Origin: a virus
IMG/VR virus record: IMGVR_UViG_3300027816_000081
Coordinates: 35,865-99,864 of that record
Direction: 5' to 3' (one strand)
DNA: 64,000 bases
A model generated the notes under the pieces. It saw only the letters and a list, made by a program, of their open reading frames with translations, was not told the origin of the DNA and made no database searches. A program made the translations under genes and the position numbers. This document shows, one piece after another, positions 1 to 8,304 of the stretch (its first letter is position 1; each line of letters opens with the position of its first letter).

Positions 1-856
1 GAGCATTTTGATTTACTACTGTTATTGAGTAAGATTGAAGTGCCGTACCAAACGCTGAAACTAGTCGTAAAGTAAAGTCATAAGTTTGGATAGTTGGCTC
101 TCCTACCGAAACGTTAGGTAATGACACATCCATATATCCTACAGCATTGGCTAACACAACTACCGGGCCGCCTACTGTCGTTGATATAGTGAACGTAGTG
201 TTATTGATCACTTCTCTCACATAATAATTTTGTCCAGCAACGATTCCTCCTATTACTGAGTTAGTAAATGAGATAGGTCTACCTGGACGAAAACCCAATG
301 TGCTGTACGCCACGATAGTATTATCTAATGTCGCAATAGCAGCGGTATTGACAGAGCCTAAGTTTACATTAACTATAGGTGGCTTTGGATAACCTCGTAT
401 TAATCCATATTCATTGATTTCTAAGCCCGGCGGAAGCTGACCCTGAACTAACGCTATTAATACACTAGTGTCATTTATAGGAACACTATATTCAATCGGA
501 TATTCTACCCATAAACTGTCATTAGTGACTATTATGGTTCCGGCAGGTGTAGTAAAGTTGGGGGCATCAATACCAGAAACCAACATGGTAAAAGTTTTAT
601 CTCGTAAATTGCCGAGATTGTCTGTTGCCCTAACTGCAAACGTGTAATTCTGATTAGTAAATACCGGTTCTGTTAATCCATACATTAAGCCAGTTTCGTC
701 TATAGTCACCCCATTTGGTAAGGATCCGCTCAATAAAGAATACGTTACGGTTGTCGCCGGCAATACAGGTGACGCTGAAAACTGAAATTCAAGAACGGAT
801 CCTGATACAAATCCTACCAAATTGCTAGAGATTGTATTCCAAATGGGTTGTGACAT
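1..856 (-). CDS. Virion structural protein with putative Ig (He_PIG/cadherin-like) repeats, baseplate-associated; C-terminus runs off the window edge
   Basis: Not in ORF track. ATG at 856 behind AAGGA SD; reads MSQPIWNT...YSLLSGSLPNGVTIDETGLMYG...YTFAVRATD...LVQGQLPPGLEINEYGLIRG, two 'G.LP.GL.I...G.I.G' Ig-like motifs; open to position 1. Confidence 0.75.
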   Translation of the reverse strand, partial: MSQPIWNTISSNLVGFVSGSVLEFQFSASPVLPATTVTYSLLSGSLPNGVTIDETGLMYGLTEPVFTNQNYTFAVRATDNLGNLRDKTFTMLVSGIDAPNFTTPAGTIIVTNDSLWVEYPIEYSVPINDTSVLIALVQGQLPPGLEINEYGLIRGYPKPPIVNVNLGSVNTAAIATLDNTIVAYSTLGFRPGRPISFTNSVIGGIVAGQNYYVREVINNTTFTISTTVGGPVVVLANAVGYMDVSLPNVSVGEPTIQTYDFTLRLVSAFGTALQSYSITVVNQNA

Positions 857-864
857 ATTATTCC

Positions 865-1491
865 TTAGTCTGCCAATGCCTTGAGGGCAATATCATAGTG
901 ATGCTTTCTGTCCGCAAGACCGATAGTACCACCATTGATACGTCGAGTTAGCCCTACGAAGTCGCCCTTGTCTGCATAGATATTTAACTTGTTTGCATCC
1001 CAATACCATCCAGCACTTGCTACAGCGCCTTCAGGGGTTTCAAGATATTTAACTGCTTCGTCTAGTGACATACCAATTGATCTTGCAAAACGGGTGTAGT
1101 TATCTTTACCAGTCAACTGAATCAATCCACGACCTCTAAACTTGAATCCATCACCACTTGCTTCTGTTCCGTTGCCCATACGATTTGCATACACTTTGTT
1201 AGCAATCTTTTGAGGATTACGGGCATATGCATTTGCAACAGTAACATTTGGAAATCTCTTTGGCCATGTCTTCATAAGTGCTTTAGCACTATAGTTTAAG
1301 CCCTCAGCAGTGAAGTTAAAGCCTCCTGACTCGTGTGCAATCTGTGCTAAGAATGCAGCCATTCTCTTTGGATTTTCAAATAGATCAAAATGTTCCCCGA
1401 TCTTATTCAATGGTTCTACATATTTTGCAAGAACCGTTGCCCTAGTCTTAGGACAAATTTCTCTTAGTAATTCTAATGTTACTTTCCCCAC
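865..1491 (-). CDS. Glycoside hydrolase family 19 endolysin
   Basis: AAFLAQIAHESGGF, FRGRGLIQLTGKDNY and TRRINGG..GL.DR motifs; GTG start with GGAG SD. Confidence 0.93.
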   Translation of the reverse strand: MGKVTLELLREICPKTRATVLAKYVEPLNKIGEHFDLFENPKRMAAFLAQIAHESGGFNFTAEGLNYSAKALMKTWPKRFPNVTVANAYARNPQKIANKVYANRMGNGTEASGDGFKFRGRGLIQLTGKDNYTRFARSIGMSLDEAVKYLETPEGAVASAGWYWDANKLNIYADKGDFVGLTRRINGGTIGLADRKHHYDIALKALAD

Positions 1492-1510
1492 CTTATTAGC
1501 TCCTTTGTTT

Positions 1511-1678
1511 TTATGGTCTTCCTTGACCTCTGTATTTCTTATAGTTTCTACGCTTATGCTTATTCATAGTACTGAACTTAATCTGTCCCAAACCAATTGT
1601 AGTTCCGCCCTTATGATTTTCACTAAACGAAACTTTTTGACCTTTGTTTGAACTACCACCTGATTTTACTTTAGCCAT
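1511..1678 (-). CDS. Small basic protein (55 aa) ending KKYRGQGRP, of the type seen in T4-like phage virion regions
   Basis: Below ORF-track cutoff; MAKVKSGGSS...MNKHKRRNYKKYRGQGRP with AAGGA SD; fills the gap between fibre and lysin. Confidence 0.75.
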   Translation of the reverse strand: MAKVKSGGSSNKGQKVSFSENHKGGTTIGLGQIKFSTMNKHKRRNYKKYRGQGRP

Positions 1679-1693
1679 TATAATTCCTTTCTA

Positions 1694-4600
1694 TTATGTC
1701 TTACCGACCATTATTTCAACGATTCCTAATTCACCGTTGAAGTTTTCTAGTGATTTACCTACGATTCTTCCTGCACTAGCAGCATTATTTGCATATGCAT
1801 ATCCTGGAATAGTCGCGGTAGTTAATAAGTCACCTTTATTGACGGGGCCCATTACCTTACATGGTACACGTCCAATAAGAGCAACTTCAACTACGTTTTC
1901 GCCTTCAAGCAAGGCGTTCATGATGTATGCAGGATTAGTAGTGACAACTCCTGCAACCTTATGCGAATCAGCAACATTTTCAATCGTTACTTCATTTTCG
2001 CCGCCGAGAACAACAACTGTCCCTGGCTCATAGGCTTCGTCTGCTACGTAACGTTCTGCAAGGTCAGCGTAAGTAGCTTGCCATCTTGAACCGGCAGTGA
2101 GAGTCCAGTTACCAGTTACTGTACCTGCTGTTGTGTTTGCGCCGGTTGTGATGTTTGCTGTTTGTAGAGCTCCGCTCAACACAGTTGTAGTTGCTGTAAG
2201 ATTGATACTAGATGTTACGTTGCTTGCGGTTACGATACGAATACCACCAGAAGCAGTTGACCACGGTGCAATAGTTAGGTTAGCATTACCCTGGGCAGAG
2301 CTATTAGCATACACGATCATTGCATCGTCAGCGCCGGTCAAATTATTATATGACCCTGCGCCGGCTCTTGGAATCAAACCTATATCTTGTGTACCATTAA
2401 CGGCTCTAATGATTTTAGTGGTACTTCCTGTCCCGGATGAATCTGTAGAAGCGAAACCTGTTGTCCCAGTAACTGCGAGCGTAGTTAGTGTACCGACACT
2501 CGTGATATTAGGTTGCGCCGCTGTTGTTACTGTGCCTGCTGTTGTTGCGCTTCCTGCGCTTGTTGCGAAAGTTGCGTTAGCTACAGTACCGGTGACATTT
2601 GCACCAGTAATTGATGCTAGATTTGCACCAGACAGTCCAGCAGCAAATGTAGCGGATGAGCCAATTGCACTATTCCAAGTACCGCTAGTAACTGTACCTG
2701 TAGTAGTTAAACTTGCTGAACCGGCTAGCGGGCTTGCGCCAATTGAGTTGTGTGATATAGTTCTAGCGGTGCCACCGTTAAATGTTGTACCACTCGCATC
2801 ACCAGTGCCACCGTTGTTGAATGTTATTGTTTGTGTAGTATTAGCTGTAACTGTACCCGAGCCGCCCAATGAGATAGCAGTGCCGTTAACAGTTAGTGAG
2901 CTATTAGCAAGTCTTGTTTGTGCTAGCGTACCAGTTGTGATGTTGCTTGCATTCAACGCAGATAGACCGCTGCCATTGCCTGTAAACACACCTGTATTGG
3001 CAGTAATATTAGCAGCGGTAATATTCCCGCTCACATCCAATGATGTTAGTGTACCAACGCTCGTAATGTTGGGCTGAGCCGCAGTAGTTACCGTGCCTGC
3101 TGTTGTTGCCGATCCGGCACTAGTTGCGAAGCCTGCGTTAGCAACATTCAAGTTTGCCACTTGAGTTGTGGATGTAACGACTAATGGAGCAGTGCCAGTT
3201 GCAACGTTACTGATCAATTGAGGAGCAGTTATGTTTGCTGTTGCAAGAACTTGTGCTGTTCCCAAATTGCCGACATTTGCGTTTCCTGTAGCATTCAGTG
3301 TACCAAATACGTTTGCACCAGTAGTGGTAACATTCATCATTGCAGTATTATTTGGTGCCAATGAGATTCTTGGACCACTAGTGGCACTGCCGGTAGCAAT
3401 TGTTGCGATTGAAACTGAAACGTTATCTACAACTTGAGTTCTGAATATAGTATTAGGTGAATTCAAGTCGTTATAGATGCCGGAACCAGTACCTGCGGTT
3501 CTGATGCCTAATTGTCCGGTGCCAGTTGCAATATCCAAGAAGTAACCAGAACCAAGACCAACGTTAATTGATAACGGACTGTTGGTTCTTACACCACTTC
3601 CTGCTACAACAAGAACGTTTGCGTTTCCTGCTGCTGAAATATTCACATTACCATTTGCAGCAGGAATACTGACATTACTGTTGCCGTTTGCAAAGACACC
3701 GAGTAGATTGCCGACGGTAACATTTCCTGTTACTGATAGTGAGGTTAGTGTACCTACTGAAGTGATATTTGGTTGTGCGGCTGTTGTTAAAGTACCAGTT
3801 AATAGACTTGCACCGATTGTACCTGAGTTGGCATAAACATTACCAGCAGTTACGTTACCGGTAACACTGGCGCTCGTTAGAGTACCGACGCTCGTGATAT
3901 TTGGCTGTGCCGCTGTTGTTAAAGTACCAGTTAGTAAACTTGCACCGATTGTACCTGCGTTAGCATAGACGTTGCCTGCGGTGACATTTCCAGTAACAGC
4001 AAGACTTGTTAACGTACCGACGCTCGTGATATTTGGCTGCGCCGCTGTTGTTACTGTGCCTGCTGTGGTTGCAGTTGTCGCACTAGTTGCAGTGCCGCTT
4101 AGTGAACCAACAAACGTAGTAGCAGTGATACTTGCATTAGCTAAGTTAGCACTAATTGCTGTATTGATTACTGCACTTGAATTTCCATTTGCGCTTGAAG
4201 TGCTAAATGTTGGGTATACAGTAGTTGCTGCTGAGGTATTTTGTAATAATGCACTAGCATTGGTTGCTGCTGTTGCGCTTGCTACAGTACCAGTAACATT
4301 AGCGCCCGGTATGTTAGACAAGCTCGTTGCATTACCACTGAACACATTAGCTGTAATAGTTCCTGATGTAACTGTGATGTTTCCAGCGTTGATATTACCA
4401 GAAACAATCAGTGATGTGATCGTACCAAGACTTGTAATATTGGGTTGGGCAGCAGTTGTCACAGTTCCGGCTGTAGTTGCAGTTGATGCAGTGCCGCTTA
4501 GTGAACCAACAAACGTAGTAGCAGTGATACTTGCATTAGCTAAGTTAGCACTAATTCCCGAGTTAACTACCTGCTGCGACCATCCATTTGATGCAGAGGT

Positions 4601-7600
4601 AACGAATGTCGGGAATGCGCTAGTTGCACTTGAAGTATTAGTCAACAAACTGCTTGCAGAAGCAGCATTTGCAACAGTTCCGGTTACGTTTGCACCAGGA
4701 ATATTACTTAGATTGGTAGCATTTCCTGAGAAAATATTAGCAGTAATTGTACCTGATGTAACTGTTATGTTTCCGGCGTTAATGTTTCCAGAAACAATCA
4801 ATGATGATATCGTACCAAGACTTGTGATATTTGGCTGTGCTGCTGTTGTTAAAGTACCAGTTAGTAAACTTGCACCGATTGTACCTGCGTTAGCGTATAC
4901 GTTTCCAAAAGTTGCAGTGTTTACAACTGTTAGTCCACCGCCTACACTAAGATTCCCAGTATTTTTGTTGAAGGTTAAGTTCGCATTACCTGCGTAAGTT
5001 GAGCCGCCATCATTGAAAATAACTTGTGTGTTAGCACCTTGTGCAGGAACTAATGTAGCGGTATCCCATGTTAGACTGCCTGAACCATTCGTTCTTAAGA
5101 AAGCACCGTTGGACCCGCCTGTAATAATTACGTTACTGTTGGGGCCTAGATTGCTCACACCAACTACGTTAAGACCAGTTAATGTACCCAAACTCGTTAC
5201 ATTAGGCTGCGCCGCTGTTGCTAGCGTACCGGTTACCAGTGTAGCAGAAATATTTCCTGCCGACAAATTACCTGTTACGTTAGCAGTGCCATTGATATTT
5301 GCACCAGTACCGGTTACGACTACAACGTTAGCATTTCCGGCGGAACTGATTCTCACATTGCTGTTAGCGTCAACTGTTACGTTTGAGTTACCGTTGACAA
5401 TGAAACTACCTGCACTAACTGCGATGTTAGTCAATAGACCACCGTCACCCTGGAAGAAGTTTGCAACTGCAAGATTGCCTAAGTTTGCATTTCCTGATGA
5501 TAGATTTCCAGAAACAGTCAATGAAGACAGTGTACCAACACTCGTAATGTTTGGTTGCGCTGCTGTAGTTACTGTACCTGCGGTAGTAGCTGCACCAGCA
5601 GTAGCAGCATTCAAGTTAGCAACTTGTGTAGTACTTGTTACTACTAGCGGAGCTGTACCAGTGGCAACATTTGATATTAGTTGAGGCGCAGTAACGTTAG
5701 CAGTTGCAAGAACTCGTGCTGTGCCCAAATTACCAACGTTAGCATTACCTGTTGCATTGAGTGTTCCTGCAATATTTGCACCGGTCCCGGTTACGACTAC
5801 AATGTTAGCATTACCGGCGGCGCTGATATTGACATTGCCATTTGCAGCAGGAATATTAACATTGCTGTTTCCGTTTGCCAAAGCACCTATGAAATTACCC
5901 GACGTAGTGTTTCCACTCACACTTAAACTGGTCAATGTGCCAACACTAGTAATGTTGGGCTGAGCGGCAGTTGTTACTGTACCTGCTGTGGTAGCACTCG
6001 TTGCTGTTGTAGCTGAGTTGGCAGTACCATAGAAATTACCAATGAAGAAATTAGCATTTACAGCATTTCCTAAGTTAGCATTTCCTGATGAGATATTTCC
6101 ACTAACAGACAGCGAAGTGAGAGTACCGACACTCGTAATATTAGGTTGAGAAGAAGTTGTTAACGTCCCACCTAACAATAGAGCACCGATTGTACCTGAG
6201 TTAGCATACATATTGCCAGCAGTTACATTACCCGTTACCGCAAGAGAAGTTAAAGTACCAACGCTTGTGATATTAGGTTGCGCTGCTGTTGTTACTGTGC
6301 CTGCTGTAGTTGCAGTAGTTGCACTAGGCACAGTGCCAGTCACGTTGGCGCCAGCTAGATTAGTAAGTCCTGCGCCATTACCAGTAAAGATTCCGGTATT
6401 TGCAGTGAATGCGACTGCGGTTACAGTTCCGTTTACACCAAGTGATGTTAGCGTGCCAACACTAGTGATGTTAGGCTGTGATGCAGTTGTCACAGTACCA
6501 GCAGTGCCCGCGGTAGCAGCATTCAAGTTTGCAACTTGAGTAGTTGATGTAACTACTAGTGGTGCAGTACCAGTTGCAATATTACTGATTAACTGCGTGC
6601 CTGAGATGTTTCCAGTAGCAATAACTCTGCCTGTACCTAAATTAGCAACATTAGCATTACCGGTTGCGTTTAACGTACCTGCTACGTTGACACCTGTACC
6701 AGTCATTACTACGACATTAGCATTTCCTGCAATGTCAAAATTGATGTTTCCGTTAGCAGCAGGAATAGCAATGTCTGAGTTGCCATTAGCAAGATTACCT
6801 ACAAAATTAGCAGCGGTGACATTACCCGTAACTGATAGACTTGTCAACGTGCCTACTGAGGTAATGTTTGGTTGTGCAGCGGTTGTTACGGTGCCGGCAG
6901 TAGTTGCACTTGTTGCTGCACCAGACAGAGCACCAACAAATGTAGTTGCAGTAATAGAGGCGTTACCTAAGTTCGCACTAATACCTGTGTTGATTACTGC
7001 ACTTGAGTTTCCATTCGCACTTGAGGTAGTGAATGTCGGATATACTGTTGTTGCAGTTGAGGTGTTCTGTAGAAGTGCGCTTGCATTTGTTGCTGCGCCT
7101 GCTGTGGCAGCATTCAAGTTTGCAACTTGTGTGGTTGAGTTGACAACAAGAGGAGCAGTACCAGTTGCAACGTTTGAGATTAATTGGGGAGCAGTGACAT
7201 TGGCAGTAGCTAATACTTGTGCAGTTCCCAAATTACCAACGTTAGCGTTACTTGTTACGCTTAATGCACCGGTGGTAGTTAAGTTGCCACCTGTGATATT
7301 TCCAGTTACGTTAGCGGTGCCTGTTGCAACAATTGATGTAGTTCCCAAATTACCAACGTTAGCGTTACCTGTAGCATTTAATGTACCAGTAATGTTAGCT
7401 CCGGTTGCAGTAACGTTCATAGTAGCGTTACTTCCGATTACTATGTTGAGGTTTCCGCCGGAGACAGGGATGTTGGCATAGCTAGTGCCATTCAATATTC
7501 TTGTATTTGCAACTGCACTTACGTTGGTAAGATTACTTCCATCGCCGTACAAGAAATTAGCATTTACTATATTAGCATTGATGTTGCCGGCAACATTAGC

Positions 7601-8200
7601 AGTTGCAGCGGTAATTAGTGCAGTAGCATTAATATTTCCTGCATTGACATTTGCTGTAATGTTAGCATTGGCAGTAACATTCAAGTTACCAGTTACGTTT
7701 GCATTTGCACCTACTAGTATATTGTTGGTAATATTAGCATTGTTGGCATTAACATTAGCAGTAGTAGCTATGTTTCCTGTAAAGCTAGCGGTATTACCGT
7801 TGATTTGTAGATTAACATTGACGGTATTAGCGGTAAGAGTGTTTCCTATAGTGATATTTGAAACACCGGTGACATTTGCCGGCAAGTTAATAAAGAACGG
7901 AACTGAGCCGTTAGTAATAAAGGCTAGTGGGCCGGGACTAGCGGGTGAGCCAGTAGAAAGATCAAGAGTAGAACTTTCAATTCTGACTTGAGCGATGTTA
8001 GCACTTACAACAACATTTCCAGTAGGCGAGTTAACGGTGATACCTGCACCTGCGGTTCTATTAACCGAGATAACTGCCTGATCTTGAAGACCTGAAAATA
8101 ATTCGGTAAAATTCTGTTGAACTTTGTCAAATGCTGTTCTGATTGCATCTGCATTTGGATCGTCAGGAAAACTACCAAAGTCAATATTGCGTTGTGCCAT
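1694..8200 (-). CDS. Very long tail fibre/adhesin (~2170 aa) with TTAGTVTTAAQPNITSVGTLTSL repeats and C-terminal intramolecular-chaperone-like domain
   Basis: Many copies of the repeat; C-terminal YADLAERY...VAGVVTTNPAY..N...VALIGRVPCKV.G...KGD module; ATG 8200 (MAQRNIDFG) preferred over 8212 because of SD spacing and upstream late promoter. Confidence 0.85.
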   Translation of the reverse strand: MAQRNIDFGSFPDDPNADAIRTAFDKVQQNFTELFSGLQDQAVISVNRTAGAGITVNSPTGNVVVSANIAQVRIESSTLDLSTGSPASPGPLAFITNGSVPFFINLPANVTGVSNITIGNTLTANTVNVNLQINGNTASFTGNIATTANVNANNANITNNILVGANANVTGNLNVTANANITANVNAGNINATALITAATANVAGNINANIVNANFLYGDGSNLTNVSAVANTRILNGTSYANIPVSGGNLNIVIGSNATMNVTATGANITGTLNATGNANVGNLGTTSIVATGTANVTGNITGGNLTTTGALSVTSNANVGNLGTAQVLATANVTAPQLISNVATGTAPLVVNSTTQVANLNAATAGAATNASALLQNTSTATTVYPTFTTSSANGNSSAVINTGISANLGNASITATTFVGALSGAATSATTAGTVTTAAQPNITSVGTLTSLSVTGNVTAANFVGNLANGNSDIAIPAANGNINFDIAGNANVVVMTGTGVNVAGTLNATGNANVANLGTGRVIATGNISGTQLISNIATGTAPLVVTSTTQVANLNAATAGTAGTVTTASQPNITSVGTLTSLGVNGTVTAVAFTANTGIFTGNGAGLTNLAGANVTGTVPSATTATTAGTVTTAAQPNITSVGTLTSLAVTGNVTAGNMYANSGTIGALLLGGTLTTSSQPNITSVGTLTSLSVSGNISSGNANLGNAVNANFFIGNFYGTANSATTATSATTAGTVTTAAQPNITSVGTLTSLSVSGNTTSGNFIGALANGNSNVNIPAANGNVNISAAGNANIVVVTGTGANIAGTLNATGNANVGNLGTARVLATANVTAPQLISNVATGTAPLVVTSTTQVANLNAATAGAATTAGTVTTAAQPNITSVGTLSSLTVSGNLSSGNANLGNLAVANFFQGDGGLLTNIAVSAGSFIVNGNSNVTVDANSNVRISSAGNANVVVVTGTGANINGTANVTGNLSAGNISATLVTGTLATAAQPNVTSLGTLTGLNVVGVSNLGPNSNVIITGGSNGAFLRTNGSGSLTWDTATLVPAQGANTQVIFNDGGSTYAGNANLTFNKNTGNLSVGGGLTVVNTATFGNVYANAGTIGASLLTGTLTTAAQPNITSLGTISSLIVSGNINAGNITVTSGTITANIFSGNATNLSNIPGANVTGTVANAASASSLLTNTSSATSAFPTFVTSASNGWSQQVVNSGISANLANASITATTFVGSLSGTASTATTAGTVTTAAQPNITSLGTITSLIVSGNINAGNITVTSGTITANVFSGNATSLSNIPGANVTGTVASATAATNASALLQNTSAATTVYPTFSTSSANGNSSAVINTAISANLANASITATTFVGSLSGTATSATTATTAGTVTTAAQPNITSVGTLTSLAVTGNVTAGNVYANAGTIGASLLTGTLTTAAQPNITSVGTLTSASVTGNVTAGNVYANSGTIGASLLTGTLTTAAQPNITSVGTLTSLSVTGNVTVGNLLGVFANGNSNVSIPAANGNVNISAAGNANVLVVAGSGVRTNSPLSINVGLGSGYFLDIATGTGQLGIRTAGTGSGIYNDLNSPNTIFRTQVVDNVSVSIATIATGSATSGPRISLAPNNTAMMNVTTTGANVFGTLNATGNANVGNLGTAQVLATANITAPQLISNVATGTAPLVVTSTTQVANLNVANAGFATSAGSATTAGTVTTAAQPNITSVGTLTSLDVSGNITAANITANTGVFTGNGSGLSALNASNITTGTLAQTRLANSSLTVNGTAISLGGSGTVTANTTQTITFNNGGTGDASGTTFNGGTARTISHNSIGASPLAGSASLTTTGTVTSGTWNSAIGSSATFAAGLSGANLASITGANVTGTVANATFATSAGSATTAGTVTTAAQPNITSVGTLTTLAVTGTTGFASTDSSGTGSTTKIIRAVNGTQDIGLIPRAGAGSYNNLTGADDAMIVYANSSAQGNANLTIAPWSTASGGIRIVTASNVTSSINLTATTTVLSGALQTANITTGANTTAGTVTGNWTLTAGSRWQATYADLAERYVADEAYEPGTVVVLGGENEVTIENVADSHKVAGVVTTNPAYIMNALLEGENVVEVALIGRVPCKVMGPVNKGDLLTTATIPGYAYANNAASAGRIVGKSLENFNGELGIVEIMVGKT
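4088..4556. repeat. Identical 70-bp direct repeat (4088-4157 and 4487-4556) inside the fibre gene
   Basis: tgcagtgccgcttagtgaaccaacaaacgtagtagcagtgatacttgcattagctaagttagcactaatt occurs twice, 399 bp apart (in frame). Confidence 0.9.
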
Positions 8201-8223
8201 GTTAATTATCACCCATTATATTG

Positions 8224-8229
8224 TATTTA
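8224..8229 (-). promoter_or_regulatory. T4-like late promoter core TAAATA (representative of ~22 sites)
   Basis: TAAATA sits just upstream of virion/late genes: minus strand 8224, 11453, 11943, 12748, 14700, 18387, 20268, 28713, 32246, 34827, 35767, 36252, 38770, 41955, 58660, 60464, 62030, 63695; plus strand 18445, 23510, 41993, 44721. Resembles the T4 gp55 consensus TATAAATA. Confidence 0.85.
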
Positions 8230-8255
8230 TCGTTTTGGATTCATTTACGATTGGC

Positions 8256-8286
8256 AAAAAAAATAGCCGGGAACTAGCCCGGCTAT
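8256..8286 (-). terminator. Rho-independent terminator after the 830-aa gene
   Basis: ATAGCCGGG/CCCGGCTAT stem followed by a U-tract on the minus strand. Confidence 0.88.
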
Positions 8287-8304
8287 CTTTAGATTTTTAT
8301 AGAC

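Noticed and set aside
2480-6900. Regularly recurring DNA repeats resembling a CRISPR array
   Set aside because: Repeats are in-frame coding units varying at synonymous sites with irregular spacing; no cas genes
2097-7991. Many long plus-strand ORFs (and similar ones at 29575-31446)
   Set aside because: Antisense shadows of the repetitive fibre genes; Val/Ala/Pro-rich mirror translations with no SD or promoter
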